From: an uncultured delta proteobacterium
Lineage (GTDB): Bacteria; Desulfobacterota; Desulfobacteria; Desulfobacterales; B30-G6
Assembly: GCA_963701385.1 (NCBI GenBank)
Contig: CAVOZW010000027.1
Location: 407,705 to 471,704 of the forward strand
Length of the DNA: 64,000 bases
Reading direction: 5' to 3'
The notes below the pieces were generated by a model that saw only the letters and a list, made by a program, of their open reading frames with translations, was not told the DNA's origin and did not search any database. Both the position numbers and the translations under genes were made by a program. Positions 19,484 to 29,591 of this stretch are shown in pieces. Within the stretch, counting starts at the first letter, position 1; each line of letters begins with the position of its first letter.

Positions 19484-20143
19484 CTATTTCAGGCTTCGGA
19501 CCGGCAGAACATAGCCAGCACGATTCTTAATATCATCGTAACAAGTGGTTCCTGATTCGATATATACAATCCAGGCCATTTCAGAATAACTGTCAAGTGT
19601 TGTCGCGGACCAATGATAGCCTGAAGGAACATTCAAAAACATATGGCCGTTTGGTAAGGCCGGGTCTCTTCTGCTAAAATCGATCAATGTGCATAGTTCT
19701 TCCATTGTCGGTAGGCGCCAGTCGCCGGCAGACGAGCTATCTGATAAAATAAGTGTTGGATCTGGACCACAGTCTCCATCCTTCAGACTTTTTACTGCCT
19801 GCATAGCACATTCCCAATTTATCATTCCAAAGCAATTCGTATTCTTTAGCCAGGTGAGCTTGGTTAGGCTATCGGTAACTGTACCATCTTTGTTATCAAT
19901 AAAACGAGAAGTGGGGACGGGCTTCTTGAGCAGGAGTTCTGCATACTGTCCCTTAAAGTCACATGGGACAATGTTCCCTCGCCAGTCATAGCAAGTTGAA
20001 TTATAAGGATTAACTATAGCAGCAAACTCATCCTCATTTGGAGATCCTGATAGCAGATTATTTTCACCAGCATAGGCACAAAAGCCAACTACAAGAATTA
20101 CCAAAACATTTATGTGAACCAATTTTGAAATATTAACTTTCAT
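19484..20143 (-). CDS. secreted DUF1566 domain protein
   Basis: ATG at 20143 (MKVNISKLVHINVLVILVVGFCAYA). DWRLPTMEELCTLI and YHWSATT motifs. Paralogous in fold to 846-1274. Confidence 0.8.
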   Translation of the reverse strand: MKVNISKLVHINVLVILVVGFCAYAGENNLLSGSPNEDEFAAIVNPYNSTCYDWRGNIVPCDFKGQYAELLLKKPVPTSRFIDNKDGTVTDSLTKLTWLKNTNCFGMINWECAMQAVKSLKDGDCGPDPTLILSDSSSAGDWRLPTMEELCTLIDFSRRDPALPNGHMFLNVPSGYHWSATTLDSYSEMAWIVYIESGTTCYDDIKNRAGYVLPVRSLK

Positions 20144-20389
20144 TGATGAACACTTCAAAGCTTTGGAATTGATGCCAAGCCGCTTAATAACACATCCTGA
20201 TCTTTATATTTTGACCAAGTTAGCTTCAGGACTTTTCGGATCAAACCTCTTGTGGTAGCCCATTTACTAGGACGAGCGGTACCGCAAACAAAATACCCTT
20301 ACCTGGCTCACAAAGGTCACTTAAAAAATACTTGTCGAATATCTCCGGGGAGTTTTACGCCTATGCAGCGTCTAATTTATGCTATCTGC

Positions 20390-21550
20390 TCAAAAACATC
20401 TTTTACCTTTATGCCTCTTTTCTTCAGTTCGGTCATGAAAAGATCGGGGGGGATGTCTTTGGCCGGTCGAAAGAACTCCCTTTTTCTTTATTATACCTTT
20501 CACGATCATTTCTGCGACAATACAGGCTGGATAGGCCACGCCCATACTCATGGCCATCAATCCTGTATTCAGATTTCTTTCAATTGATAGAGAACAGGTC
20601 ATTAATATCCGCTTACCGTCTTTTAGGCCTTCAAACTCATTCAACATCACCGCTAAATCTTTTTCATCTTTTTTGTATTGCAGCCGAGGCGCCAGCAGTT
20701 TGGCCATAAACTCGTTTGGCGTTAACTCGCAGGGCAGACCCTTTACCGGTTTGTCACCAAAAAAACCAAGCTGCTTCATCGGTTTCCAAAAGTCACACCA
20801 GCCAGGCCATCGAAGCGAATACCTCCCGGTTTCGATAAGTTTGTCTTCAATATTCAGCAATCCGCAAAAATAGGCCGCATCCCCATTGGGAATAGCTTCC
20901 AGGTTACCTAGACCCGGGAAATCGATTTGATGTATGAATTCGTTATCATGCTGATGGGCAGCGGGGATATGTATGGTCTTGCGGTCCTTAACCAAGGTCG
21001 CATCTCTGTTCTGGCTTTTCAAAACGGCATCCAGATTCCAACTGACCTTGTAATTAATGGGGTTATCACAGGCTGCTTTTTCCGGAATCCCCCCACAATA
21101 GGAATTGATTTTGTAAACCTCGTCGAAATGCATCAGGCCATGCTGGTAGATAACAAGGTCAATTCCTGGATCAAGACCGCATTCCGGGATGATGGCGATT
21201 CCCTTTTCTTTGGCTGCATGATCCAGATCAAGGATATCGTACGCATAGTTGGTGTTGACCAGATTGACACCACTGTTTATCGCAGCCTCTGCAACGATAC
21301 GAATACATTGTGGTGGCAAAAAATCAAGAACGATATCAAATTTATTGTCCATTATGGACATCAATGCGTTTGGGTCATTGGCATCTAAACCAACAGACTG
21401 AATTTTGGTCCTGTCTAAAAATTCAAAGGAATGAATGAGATCAGGCTGTATATCTGCACAGGTTATCTGCTCAACACTTTGATTTCGTGACAAATCGTAT
21501 AGTGCCGCTCTTCCTTGAATACCACAGCCGCCTAAAACGAGCACTTTCAT
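20390..21550 (-). CDS. saccharopine dehydrogenase family oxidoreductase (apparent frameshift near the 3' end)
   Basis: MKVLVLGGCGIQGRA Rossmann start. After ...KGVLS (about 20466-20472) the conserved tail PAKDIPPDLFMTELKKRGIKVKDVFEQIA* is in the +1 frame, ending at 20377. Confidence 0.8.
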   Translation of the reverse strand: MKVLVLGGCGIQGRAALYDLSRNQSVEQITCADIQPDLIHSFEFLDRTKIQSVGLDANDPNALMSIMDNKFDIVLDFLPPQCIRIVAEAAINSGVNLVNTNYAYDILDLDHAAKEKGIAIIPECGLDPGIDLVIYQHGLMHFDEVYKINSYCGGIPEKAACDNPINYKVSWNLDAVLKSQNRDATLVKDRKTIHIPAAHQHDNEFIHQIDFPGLGNLEAIPNGDAAYFCGLLNIEDKLIETGRYSLRWPGWCDFWKPMKQLGFFGDKPVKGLPCELTPNEFMAKLLAPRLQYKKDEKDLAVMLNEFEGLKDGKRILMTCSLSIERNLNTGLMAMSMGVAYPACIVAEMIVKGIIKKKGVLSTGQRHPPRSFHDRTEEKRHKGKRCF

Positions 21551-21604
21551 TGCTTTTGACTCCTATTGAGATCCGAACTTATTGAGAGACATCTGTACAT
21601 TTTT

Positions 21605-22688
21605 TTACGCCAGCAGTTTGTTCAATTCTTTTGCAGGATGCCCTGAAAGCCCTAAAGTTTCCATTGTGCGTCTGGCTTCACCCAAATAGTCTCGATTCAT
21701 CAATAGAGAAACCAGTGTGATCACAGCCGACATAACCGGTGTTGCTACACCGATCTGTTCCCCAAGTTTCTGGAGGAACACCAGACCATACCCCACATCT
21801 TCATTGAAATAACGGTAATCCAGACTACTCTGGGCCTTTACCCCCTCGAATCCCGGTGCGGTGTTAAATCCTTTGTCATACGTGGCTTCCAGCATATAGC
21901 CCTGCATGACGCCTAATTCCGGATCGGGAATAACGTTCACGCCCAATTTTTTCCCAATGGCAATGCGTTCTCTATCAACCGCTTCGATCAGCCGACCGAC
22001 TGCAGGAGTGACGCCGTCGTGATAAAAATCGAAATTCCCCTTGGTGCGTTCGATTAATGCGACATTCAGGAGCGTAATCGCGGGATGAATGACCGGGTTG
22101 CCATTCTGTAAACTGGTCTGAAGGATATTCTTTGCCGCGCTCATCGCCGGATATACATCGCACACCTGCTCCAACACAAAATCGGTTTTTTTCGCCGGGA
22201 CCGCCGCCAAGAACAACCCGCCTTTGAGCTTGTTAAAAATCCTGATTTTGCCGGGTTCAAGCAGTCGCACGGCATACGGCAGTGTCGAAGTCTCTGCAAC
22301 GACAATATCCTCATCACCAAGATCCAAACCGGCGCCGTTTTTAAATTCAATACTGCCGCCGCAGGAACTTGGGTTTACTGATTACGATCTGCCCTCGTTT
22401 GAGGTAGGGTTTACAGGCTTCGGCAAAGGGTCTGGTGCTGTACGCAGGGCCAACGGCATAGATGATGTCAGCTCCGTCCAACGCCGTTTCAATCTCATGT
22501 CCGGCAGACACTGCCGGCTCAAATCCTTCGAGAACGCCCTGACAGTGGATGCCGCCATTTTTCTGGACGGCCTGGATACTCGCCGGAAATTGTTCAAAAT
22601 CAAACAGATTGACCTGGTGCCCATGGGTTGCACAGTCGAAAGCAACGGCACAGCCCCCGTTTCCCGAACCCAATACAGCGATATTCAT
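21605..22688 (-). pseudogene. NAD/NADP octopine/nopaline (opine) dehydrogenase family, split by one frameshift
   Basis: AGGAGG then ATG at 22688 (MNIAVLGSGNGGCA). The N-terminal ORF stops at 22347. The sequence ...NPSSCGGSIEFKNGAGLDLGDEDIVVAETSTLPYA continues in another frame. The shift sits at the run 22374-22376. Confidence 0.8.
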
Positions 22689-22791
22689 GTCGTTATCCTC
22701 CTGATTTCTCTGAGTGAGTGGTAGGAATTGCTTTAAATATATTGTTTCGCGGAACTCTACGAAGATCAAGCTGTGACAACGGACACGGATA

Positions 22792-23520
22792 TCAGTGGGT
22801 GAGGATCGATTTCAAAAAACTCGCGCCCCGGTCGGTCTGGGGGTTGGTAAAAAAATCATTGGGTGGCGCGACTTCGATGATCTGCCCTTGATCCATGAAA
22901 ACAACCCGGCTGGCAACCTCTCTGGCAAAGCCCATCTCGTGCGTAACCACCATCATGGTCATGCCACCCTTGGCCAGGTTTCGCATGACGTCCAGCACTT
23001 CATTGATCATTTCCGGGTCAAGGGCCGATGTGGGTTCATCAAAAGAGCATGATCTTGGGTCGCATGCCCAAGCCTCTGGCAATGGCCACCCGCTGCTGTT
23101 GACCTCCCGAAAGTTGAGCTGGATAATGATTGATTCTATCTCCTAACCCCACCCTGATGAGCGTCTCCTTGCCAAGTTTTTCGGCTTCTTCTTCTTGACT
23201 TTCCTGACCCTGATAGGGGCAATGGTAACGTTCCCCAGAGCGGTCATGTGAGGATAGAGGTTGAATGATTGAAAGATAAACCCGATCTCCGCTCGGATCT
23301 TGGTCATATTGCTCTTCTTGTCATGGACATTCATGCCGTCGACGATGAGCTCGCCTTCCTGAATTGGCTCTAAGCGGTTGATACAGCGAATCAGGGTGCT
23401 TTTACCCGATCCGCTCGGACCGCAGACAACCACCACCTCCCCGTGAGAAACCTCGAGATTGATATCTCTCAGGACGTGAAGTTCGCCGAACCATTTATTG
23501 ACATTTTTAAAAGAAATCAT
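22792..23520 (-). pseudogene. polar amino acid ABC transporter ATP-binding protein with two frameshifts
   Basis: Walker A GPSGSGKST lies in frame [20 protein letters not shown]...[24 protein letters not shown] lies in frame [13 protein letters not shown]...THEMGFA lies in frame C. The shifts are at runs 23201-23203 and 23041-23044. Confidence 0.85.
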
Positions 23521-23576
23521 GGTCTCATTCCCCAATTAGAATTAACAGGTTCCTGCAGCCGCCGTGTAAATCTCAT

Positions 23577-24245
23577 TTAGAGCCTGGTAGCTGTCACCGT
23601 CATCCGCCTTTCCATGTAATTCGACAAATTGATTAACGGGTAACAAATCGCGAAATATAAAATGCCCACAAGGCCGAACACCATCAAACCTTCCGGGATG
23701 CGCTGCACTGTCAGCCAGCCTACCCTGGTGACATCAACCACTCCGATCGCAGAGACCACGGATGAATCTTTTACAATAAGAACATATTGTCCCACCAAAG
23801 GGGGTATGATGGATCGCATGGCCTGGGGCAAAACAATATACCGCAGTTGCTGATAGCTGGAGAGTCCGGATGCAGTCGCAGCCTCTCTCTGGCCTTGCGG
23901 CACAGCCAGAATGCCGCTGGCTACGATCTCGCAGATAAAGCTGGCACCCATATTGCTCAGGGCGATAACCGCCGCCGGAAATGCTTCCAGTTCTATGCCG
24001 GCGCTCGGAAGAATAAAAAAGATAATGAAGACCTGGACCAGAAAAGGTGTTCCACGAATGAGGTCCACCCACGCGCCGATGATGGATCGCAGAATTTTAT
24101 TCCGACCGGCTCTCACAATTCCTAATATAAAACCGATGATGGTCGCTGCGATCAGACCCAGACCGGCAACCGCTACGGTCATCCAGAGTCCCTTGAGGAA
24201 AAAGGGCAGACTGCGCATCAGTTCATGAAAATAGAAACTCCACAT
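23577..24245 (-). CDS. amino acid ABC transporter permease
   Basis: His/Glu/Gln/Arg-type permease sequence, 222 aa. Confidence 0.85.
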   Translation of the reverse strand: MWSFYFHELMRSLPFFLKGLWMTVAVAGLGLIAATIIGFILGIVRAGRNKILRSIIGAWVDLIRGTPFLVQVFIIFFILPSAGIELEAFPAAVIALSNMGASFICEIVASGILAVPQGQREAATASGLSSYQQLRYIVLPQAMRSIIPPLVGQYVLIVKDSSVVSAIGVVDVTRVGWLTVQRIPEGLMVFGLVGILYFAICYPLINLSNYMERRMTVTATRL

Positions 24246-24262
24246 ATCTTATTCCCCTATCA

Positions 24263-24931
24263 TCAGTGAGCTTCCCGGAAGATCAGTCGTTTTTCAGACC
24301 AACCCGAGAAGGTTTTGAGCAGGTAGTAAAGAAGTAGATAAAAAACCGCAGTAGTCAGGAACCCTTCTGTGGGCATGAATCGATCCGATGTCAACATCTG
24401 GCCTGCACGTGTCAGCTCCATAATCGAAATCAGAGAGAGCAGCGACGAGTCCTTAACCAGAACAATGGCTTGTCCCAGCATGGGCCGAATCGTCATACCA
24501 AGTGCCTGAGGCAGAATGATATAGCGCATACGCTGGAAATAGTTCAAACCGGAAGCGATCCCAGCTTCGATCTGCCCGTAGGCAATGGCCTGAATGCCCG
24601 CCCTAATGATCTCGGCATAATAGGCACCACTGTTCAGGGTCAGGGCAATAACGCCCGTAACCCATTCCGGAAGCATAATACCCAAGGTTGGAAGACCGAA
24701 ATAGAAGAAATAGAGCTGTACCAACAAAGGCGTGGAACGGATGCTTTCGATATAAACAGCGGCAGTTCTTGAGATGGCCCGAGATTGACTCAATCGCATG
24801 GCGCAGGCAATTATTCCCACCAGGATAGCTCCGATCAGTGACAAGACAGACAGCCAAAGGGTGGCCATGAAGCACTGCAGATAGAGCGGCATGTATTCCA
24901 AGATAACTCTAAAATTGAAGGCTTCGAGCAT
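24263..24931 (-). CDS. amino acid ABC transporter permease
   Basis: Second permease of the pair, 222 aa. Confidence 0.85.
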   Translation of the reverse strand: MLEAFNFRVILEYMPLYLQCFMATLWLSVLSLIGAILVGIIACAMRLSQSRAISRTAAVYIESIRSTPLLVQLYFFYFGLPTLGIMLPEWVTGVIALTLNSGAYYAEIIRAGIQAIAYGQIEAGIASGLNYFQRMRYIILPQALGMTIRPMLGQAIVLVKDSSLLSLISIMELTRAGQMLTSDRFMPTEGFLTTAVFYLLLYYLLKTFSGWSEKRLIFREAH

Positions 24932-24961
24932 AATTTTTACCTGTAATGTTTTTATGCCATG

Positions 24962-25045
24962 GGTTTGATGGTTCTACAAACCGTGTGCTCGGCAGGCAGT
25001 TTCGAACCTAAACTTGCGAGACGTACCGTCTCCTTTGGATTTCCC
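24962..25045 (-). repeat. structured intergenic repeat, copy A (core hairpin 24970-25008)
   Basis: About 85 nt similar to 61699-61790. The core GGUUCGAAACUGCCUGCCGAGCACACGGUUUGUAGAACC folds as a bipartite stem with the loop UGCCGAGCA. Confidence 0.6.
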
Positions 25046-25164
25046 CCATTTTAGGGGAAATCCAAGCCACCTGTTTCACGGGTGGTAGTTGACCGGCGGG
25101 GTGCGAACCGGTATAACCGGCTCGCACCAGACAATCGGTCACCCGCCTGAAAAGAAAAATTTGT

Positions 25165-25962
25165 TTAATGATCTTCCTTCCAATCCAGAGAATTGACCCA
25201 GTAATTCAAGTTATCATCCAGACGACCGTCCAGGCTGATGTGCAGAAAGAAAAGATTGAGCCACTCGCGTAAATCCGAAGAGTCATAACGCACGGCAAAG
25301 GCCAGCGGAGATTTGGACAACTGTCCATCCAGAATCCGAAGGCTGCCGGGCGGGAAACAGGCAGCCTGTCCACGCACGGCGGACCCGTCATTCACCCCGG
25401 CATCGGTGTGACCGGCAACCACCGCATTGATCAGAATCGGTCCTCCGCCCTTATAGGTCTTCAACTGGGCCTCGGGAAAAGCATTTTTGGCATCGTTTTC
25501 ACCGGTTGAGCCTAACAAAACAGCCAGTTTGGTCCCAGGTTTCTTAACATCATCGATGGATTGGATGGGGCTGTCCTGCTTCACGAATACCACGCTTCCG
25601 GTGTACATATAAGGATCAACAAAAGAGATTTTCATGGCCCTTTTCAAGGTCGGGGTCATATCGGCCGCAAGCATGTCGGCCTTCTTGGAAAGCAGGGCCG
25701 GAATGAGACCGTCCCAGTCATAGTTGAGGTACTTGATCTTTACGCCCATTTCCTTGGCGATCATCTCACAAAGCGCTATGGAACTGCCGGTCCGCGCGCC
25801 ATTTCTATCCACAAAGCTGAAAGGTGCGCCCTGGGTCTGACAGGCGACACGGAGTTCCCCTCTTTGTGCAATTTCATCAAGAGTTCCTGCCGAGGCAGCA
25901 CCGCAAAAAACCAAAAGAATCGCCAATGAGACAATTACCGAAAATGCTTTTACTTTTTTCAT
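25165..25962 (-). CDS. amino acid ABC substrate-binding protein
   Basis: GGAGAG then ATG at 25962 (MKKVKAFSVIVSLAILLVFCGAASA). SBP_bac_3-like body. Confidence 0.85.
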   Translation of the reverse strand: MKKVKAFSVIVSLAILLVFCGAASAGTLDEIAQRGELRVACQTQGAPFSFVDRNGARTGSSIALCEMIAKEMGVKIKYLNYDWDGLIPALLSKKADMLAADMTPTLKRAMKISFVDPYMYTGSVVFVKQDSPIQSIDDVKKPGTKLAVLLGSTGENDAKNAFPEAQLKTYKGGGPILINAVVAGHTDAGVNDGSAVRGQAACFPPGSLRILDGQLSKSPLAFAVRYDSSDLREWLNLFFLHISLDGRLDDNLNYWVNSLDWKEDH

Positions 25963-26080
25963 TTTTCTCTCCTTTTTATTTCTTGTGCCATGATTGGTTC
26001 TGTTTTCCTTACCTATCTTTGGACGTGGGCGCGGAACGTTGGTTAAGCCCAAACACCTTGTTTGATATCCTTAAAAAAAA

Positions 26081-26878
26081 TCAGGGCGTTCGGCAAAGAC
26101 GAAAACCGATATGTCGGAACCTGTAGTGCGGGGGACTCCCAAAGCGACTCGCACACCGGGTATCACGGGCCGGACTGTACCAGGTGCCGCTTCTCATTGC
26201 CCGATATGAGCCCTTGGTTGGTCCTTTCGGATTGGTCACCTCATCGTACGGGTAGACACCAAACCAGTCCTTGCACCACTCCTGAACATTGCCGTGCATG
26301 TCATAGAGACCCCAGGCGTTCGGTTTTTTCTGAGCCACGGGCTGAATCCTACTTTTCGAGTTCCAGCAATACCAGCCTATTTGATCCAGATTGGCATCTC
26401 TGCCGCAATCGAGCTCCGTAATCCCACCGTTGGAAAACGCTTCTGTACTGCCAGCCCGGCAGGCATACTCCCATTCGGCTTCGGTGGGAAGTCTGTATTT
26501 ATCTGTCCCTTCCCGCTGGTTGAGCTTGCCGATGAATTCCTGTGCATCATCCCATGAAACCTGTTCCACTGGGCAGTTATCACCGCAACCCTTTTGACTA
26601 GAAGGATTTTTGCCCATCAAGGCTTTCCATTGGCCCTGGGTTACCTCCGTGGTCTGCATGTAGAAAGGATTTGTCAAATTTACTGCGTGTGGTATTTCGC
26701 CTGTATACCGGCCGGATTCATTTTCAGGGCTTCCCATCATAAATTTGCCTGGTTTTATCAGAACAAACTCTATCCCCAGGCTATTGGTGATCCTTTCCTT
26801 TGGTTGTTCAGCATAAGCACTAAAAACAAGGGCTAAAAAGATCACGATGAATTGGATTGGAATAATATATTTTTTCAT
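26081..26878 (-). CDS. secreted formylglycine-generating enzyme (FGE/SUMF1) family protein
   Basis: ATG at 26878 with a signal peptide. GSPENE..., PVEQVSWDDAQEF, GLYDMHGNVQEW and RSGTW...GFRLCR motifs. Confidence 0.85.
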   Translation of the reverse strand: MKKYIIPIQFIVIFLALVFSAYAEQPKERITNSLGIEFVLIKPGKFMMGSPENESGRYTGEIPHAVNLTNPFYMQTTEVTQGQWKALMGKNPSSQKGCGDNCPVEQVSWDDAQEFIGKLNQREGTDKYRLPTEAEWEYACRAGSTEAFSNGGITELDCGRDANLDQIGWYCWNSKSRIQPVAQKKPNAWGLYDMHGNVQEWCKDWFGVYPYDEVTNPKGPTKGSYRAMRSGTWYSPARDTRCASRFGSPPHYRFRHIGFRLCRTP

Positions 26879-26966
26879 CGCCCTATCCCCTTTGGTCAAT
26901 GATTATTAATGACGGATTTACATTTTAGCTCGATTGAAACCGAAAAATAATCTCACAATTCCTCAT

Positions 26967-27443
26967 TTAGATTCCCTCTACACCTTCGGGCAATTGTAAC
27001 CAGTTCTTTCTGGATTTCATGAAGATAAATGTTTCACTTCTAATAACATTGCCTATTTTGAGAATTGTATCGGTGGTAAATCGATATAACTCATCCTTTC
27101 CTTCCACACAAATTACCTCCGCAAGAATATCGTAACGGCCGGTAACCACGCCTGCCCAAGCAACATTCGGCAGATGGGCTATCTTATCCAGTATCTGATC
27201 CAATTTTCCTTCTGACCGGACGCTCATGGCGACCAACGCGGTCATCATTTCTCGATGCCGGCTTGGATCGATCAATCCTGAAACTTTAAACATACCATTT
27301 TTCTCAAGACCTTTTATTCGGCTTCGAACGGTAGGTGCCGTCACATTGAGTTTTTTGGCCATTTCACCGATCGGCATTCGCCCGTTTTTTGTTAACAGAC
27401 GAATGATCTCATTATCCAATGTATCAAGTCTTGTTTTATCCAA
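26967..27443 (-). CDS. Lrp/AsnC family transcriptional regulator
   Basis: N-terminal HTH (LDNEIIRLLTKNGRMPIGEMAKKLNVTAPTVRSRIKGLE) plus an ACT-like C-terminal domain. Confidence 0.85.
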   Translation of the reverse strand: MDKTRLDTLDNEIIRLLTKNGRMPIGEMAKKLNVTAPTVRSRIKGLEKNGMFKVSGLIDPSRHREMMTALVAMSVRSEGKLDQILDKIAHLPNVAWAGVVTGRYDILAEVICVEGKDELYRFTTDTILKIGNVIRSETFIFMKSRKNWLQLPEGVEGI

Positions 27444-27825
27444 AGGGCCTCTCTATTTTTTAATTAGAATATTATTTTTTTATTAATATCTATATAAATA
27501 ATTTGTCAAGTAAAAATTATATTAATAGATAAAAATATAAATAAATATTTTCCTTTTAAAATTAAACGCCGCCTAAGGTGATATTTATTTATGCTCGATT
27601 GGTGTGATGCGATGGATGCATAATGGAGAGACAAGCGTGGAGCAGACTACAATGACTTGATTGAACCTTCGATCAATGAAAACCGGGCGAAAGTGACCAA
27701 ATCACTACCATCTAGTAGTAGCCGCGGACTTAGAAGACTCCTTATGCAGTCATGGAATGCGAATTTTTTCAGACAAAGAACTTTAAAGAGGGGGCAGATT
27801 GTGAGGATATCACAACATCCATCAA

Positions 27826-28180
27826 AGACCGGGTAGCCGGGGGCCATGCTGGCCCCAAGCCCCCTAACCGTACGTGACAGGTTACCGTCATACGGCTCAA
27901 GCCCTTCAAAAGCCGACCTCAGCCAAGGGCGACCCAGTCGTCCTGTTAACAACAAAGTGAAGATTTGATTGCAGGATTGTAAGTTCCAAACAATCATTTG
28001 GAAAAATACCCCTGCCATCTATTGTCGTAAGGATTTGCCTTGCCACGGATTTTCGTATGACGAACTATTTTTACCGTGGCCATATAGACCAAATCGATGA
28101 CGTCAACCCCACCTCCCTCTGCCTTTGGCCGATACATAACCTTTCATTTAGCCGACCACTTGACTTTCGAATGGACGCTT
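27826..28180 (-). mobile_element. second 5'-truncated group II intron remnant (degenerate IEP C-terminus, domains V-VI)
   Basis: Domain V at 27866-27898 (GAGCCGUAUGACGGUAACCUGUC-AC-GUACGGUU). A domain VI-like helix lies at 27828-27865 (...GGCUACCCGGU). Upstream frame: GGGVDVIDLVYM...VRHTKIRGKANPYDNRWQGYFSK*, which resembles an intron-encoded protein tail. Confidence 0.75.
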
Positions 28181-29189
28181 ATGGCTGAACCAACCTTATA
28201 CCCGCGATTTGTACGGTACCGACTGGAGGAGGCATTGAAGGATACTCCGGTAGTGTTGGTCCATGAGCCGCGCCAGTGCGGCAAAACCACCCTTGCCCGT
28301 TTGGTCGGTGATGCTGCTGGCTATGAATACATAACCTTTGACGATGATGTTCAACTTGCTGCCGCCAACGCCGATCCGGTGGGATTTGTGGCCGACTTGT
28401 CAGACAAAACCGTTCTTGATGAAGTCCAGCGTGTTCCGGCCCTTTTTCTCGCTTTGAAATCGGCTGTTGACCGGGAGCGCCGGCCTGGGCGCTTCATTCT
28501 AACAGGTTCGGCCAATGTGCTGTTGGTGACCAAATTGGCGGATTCATTGGCGGGCCGCATGGAGATCCTGCGGTTGCACCCTTTAGCCCAGGATGAAATT
28601 GAGGGCAAGGCGTCTTGCTTCATTGATGTGCTGTTTGCTGCTCAGTTTCGAAACCGCCGCTTTGAACGCCTTGGACATGAACTGGCTGAAAGGATTGTTG
28701 CCGGCGGTTACCCAGCGGCACTTTTACGCGCCAAGGAGAAACGGCGCGCGGCCTGGTACCGGGACTACATCGAAACAATCGTGCAGCGGGATGTGCGCGA
28801 TTTGGCGCGCATCGGCTCTGCTCGGTGTACACGCCGAATTCCTCCTCAAAGACCGCACCATGCTGGGACAGCTTCTGGAAACGTTTGTCTTTCAGGAACT
28901 CAAGCGACAAGCAAGCTGGAGCGACCCACCGGTTCAATTCCACCATTTTCGGAACAAGGACGGTGTGGAGGTGGATATTGTGATGGAGAAAGCCGGGAAA
29001 GTGGCCGGTATTGAAATAAAAGCCGCAGCTACAGTGATGAAAAAGGATTTTCGAGGATTAAAAAAGCTTCGGGAAACAACCGCAGAACGATTTGCCGGCG
29101 GGGTTGTGGTGTACGATGGTGAGCATGTGGCTGGCTTCGGCGATAAACTGTATGCTGTACCCATCCGTGCACTCTGGGAAACGGTGTAG
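28181..29189 (+). pseudogene. AAA ATPase with DUF4143 (internal deletion plus frame change)
   Basis: ATG at 28181. Walker A EPRQCGKTT and FILTGSA. After RDVRDLARI (about 28810) the frame changes and resumes at ...ALLGVHAEFLLKDRTMLGQLLETFVFQELKRQ. About 90 residues of the middle are missing. Confidence 0.8.
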
Positions 29190-29591
29190 TTGTTTAATAC
29201 CAGAATTTTAGAAAATAATTCCAGTCAAAATTCTCCCTTGCTTTTTCGAAGATTAGAAATAGCAATATTAATGTTGCTGGGACCCCTGCCGATAAAGATT
29301 ACAGCTAATCTGGGGGATATCTCTGTGCGTTGACTTTATGATTGGATCATTAATATTTTTAGAGAGTTGCAGTCCACTACATGCTGTATATGACATGTTC
29401 TTTGCATTTTGCACTTTAGGCTTTAATCGATAAAATTCCCCAGATCCTACGAATATTCTCTTATCACAAAGTCACAAAGTTGATTGCATCTGTAATATTT
29501 AAAAATATTCGAGGTTGAAAAGTGCTCGTCCGATGTCATATTTATATCCATTCTTCTGTCCATTCATTTTCAATCTCGATGGAGACAATTT

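Noticed and set aside
27647-28018. 123-aa ORF on the minus strand (contains LEPYDGNLSRTVRG).
   Set aside because: This peptide is the translation of group II intron domain V/VI RNA. It is not a protein gene.
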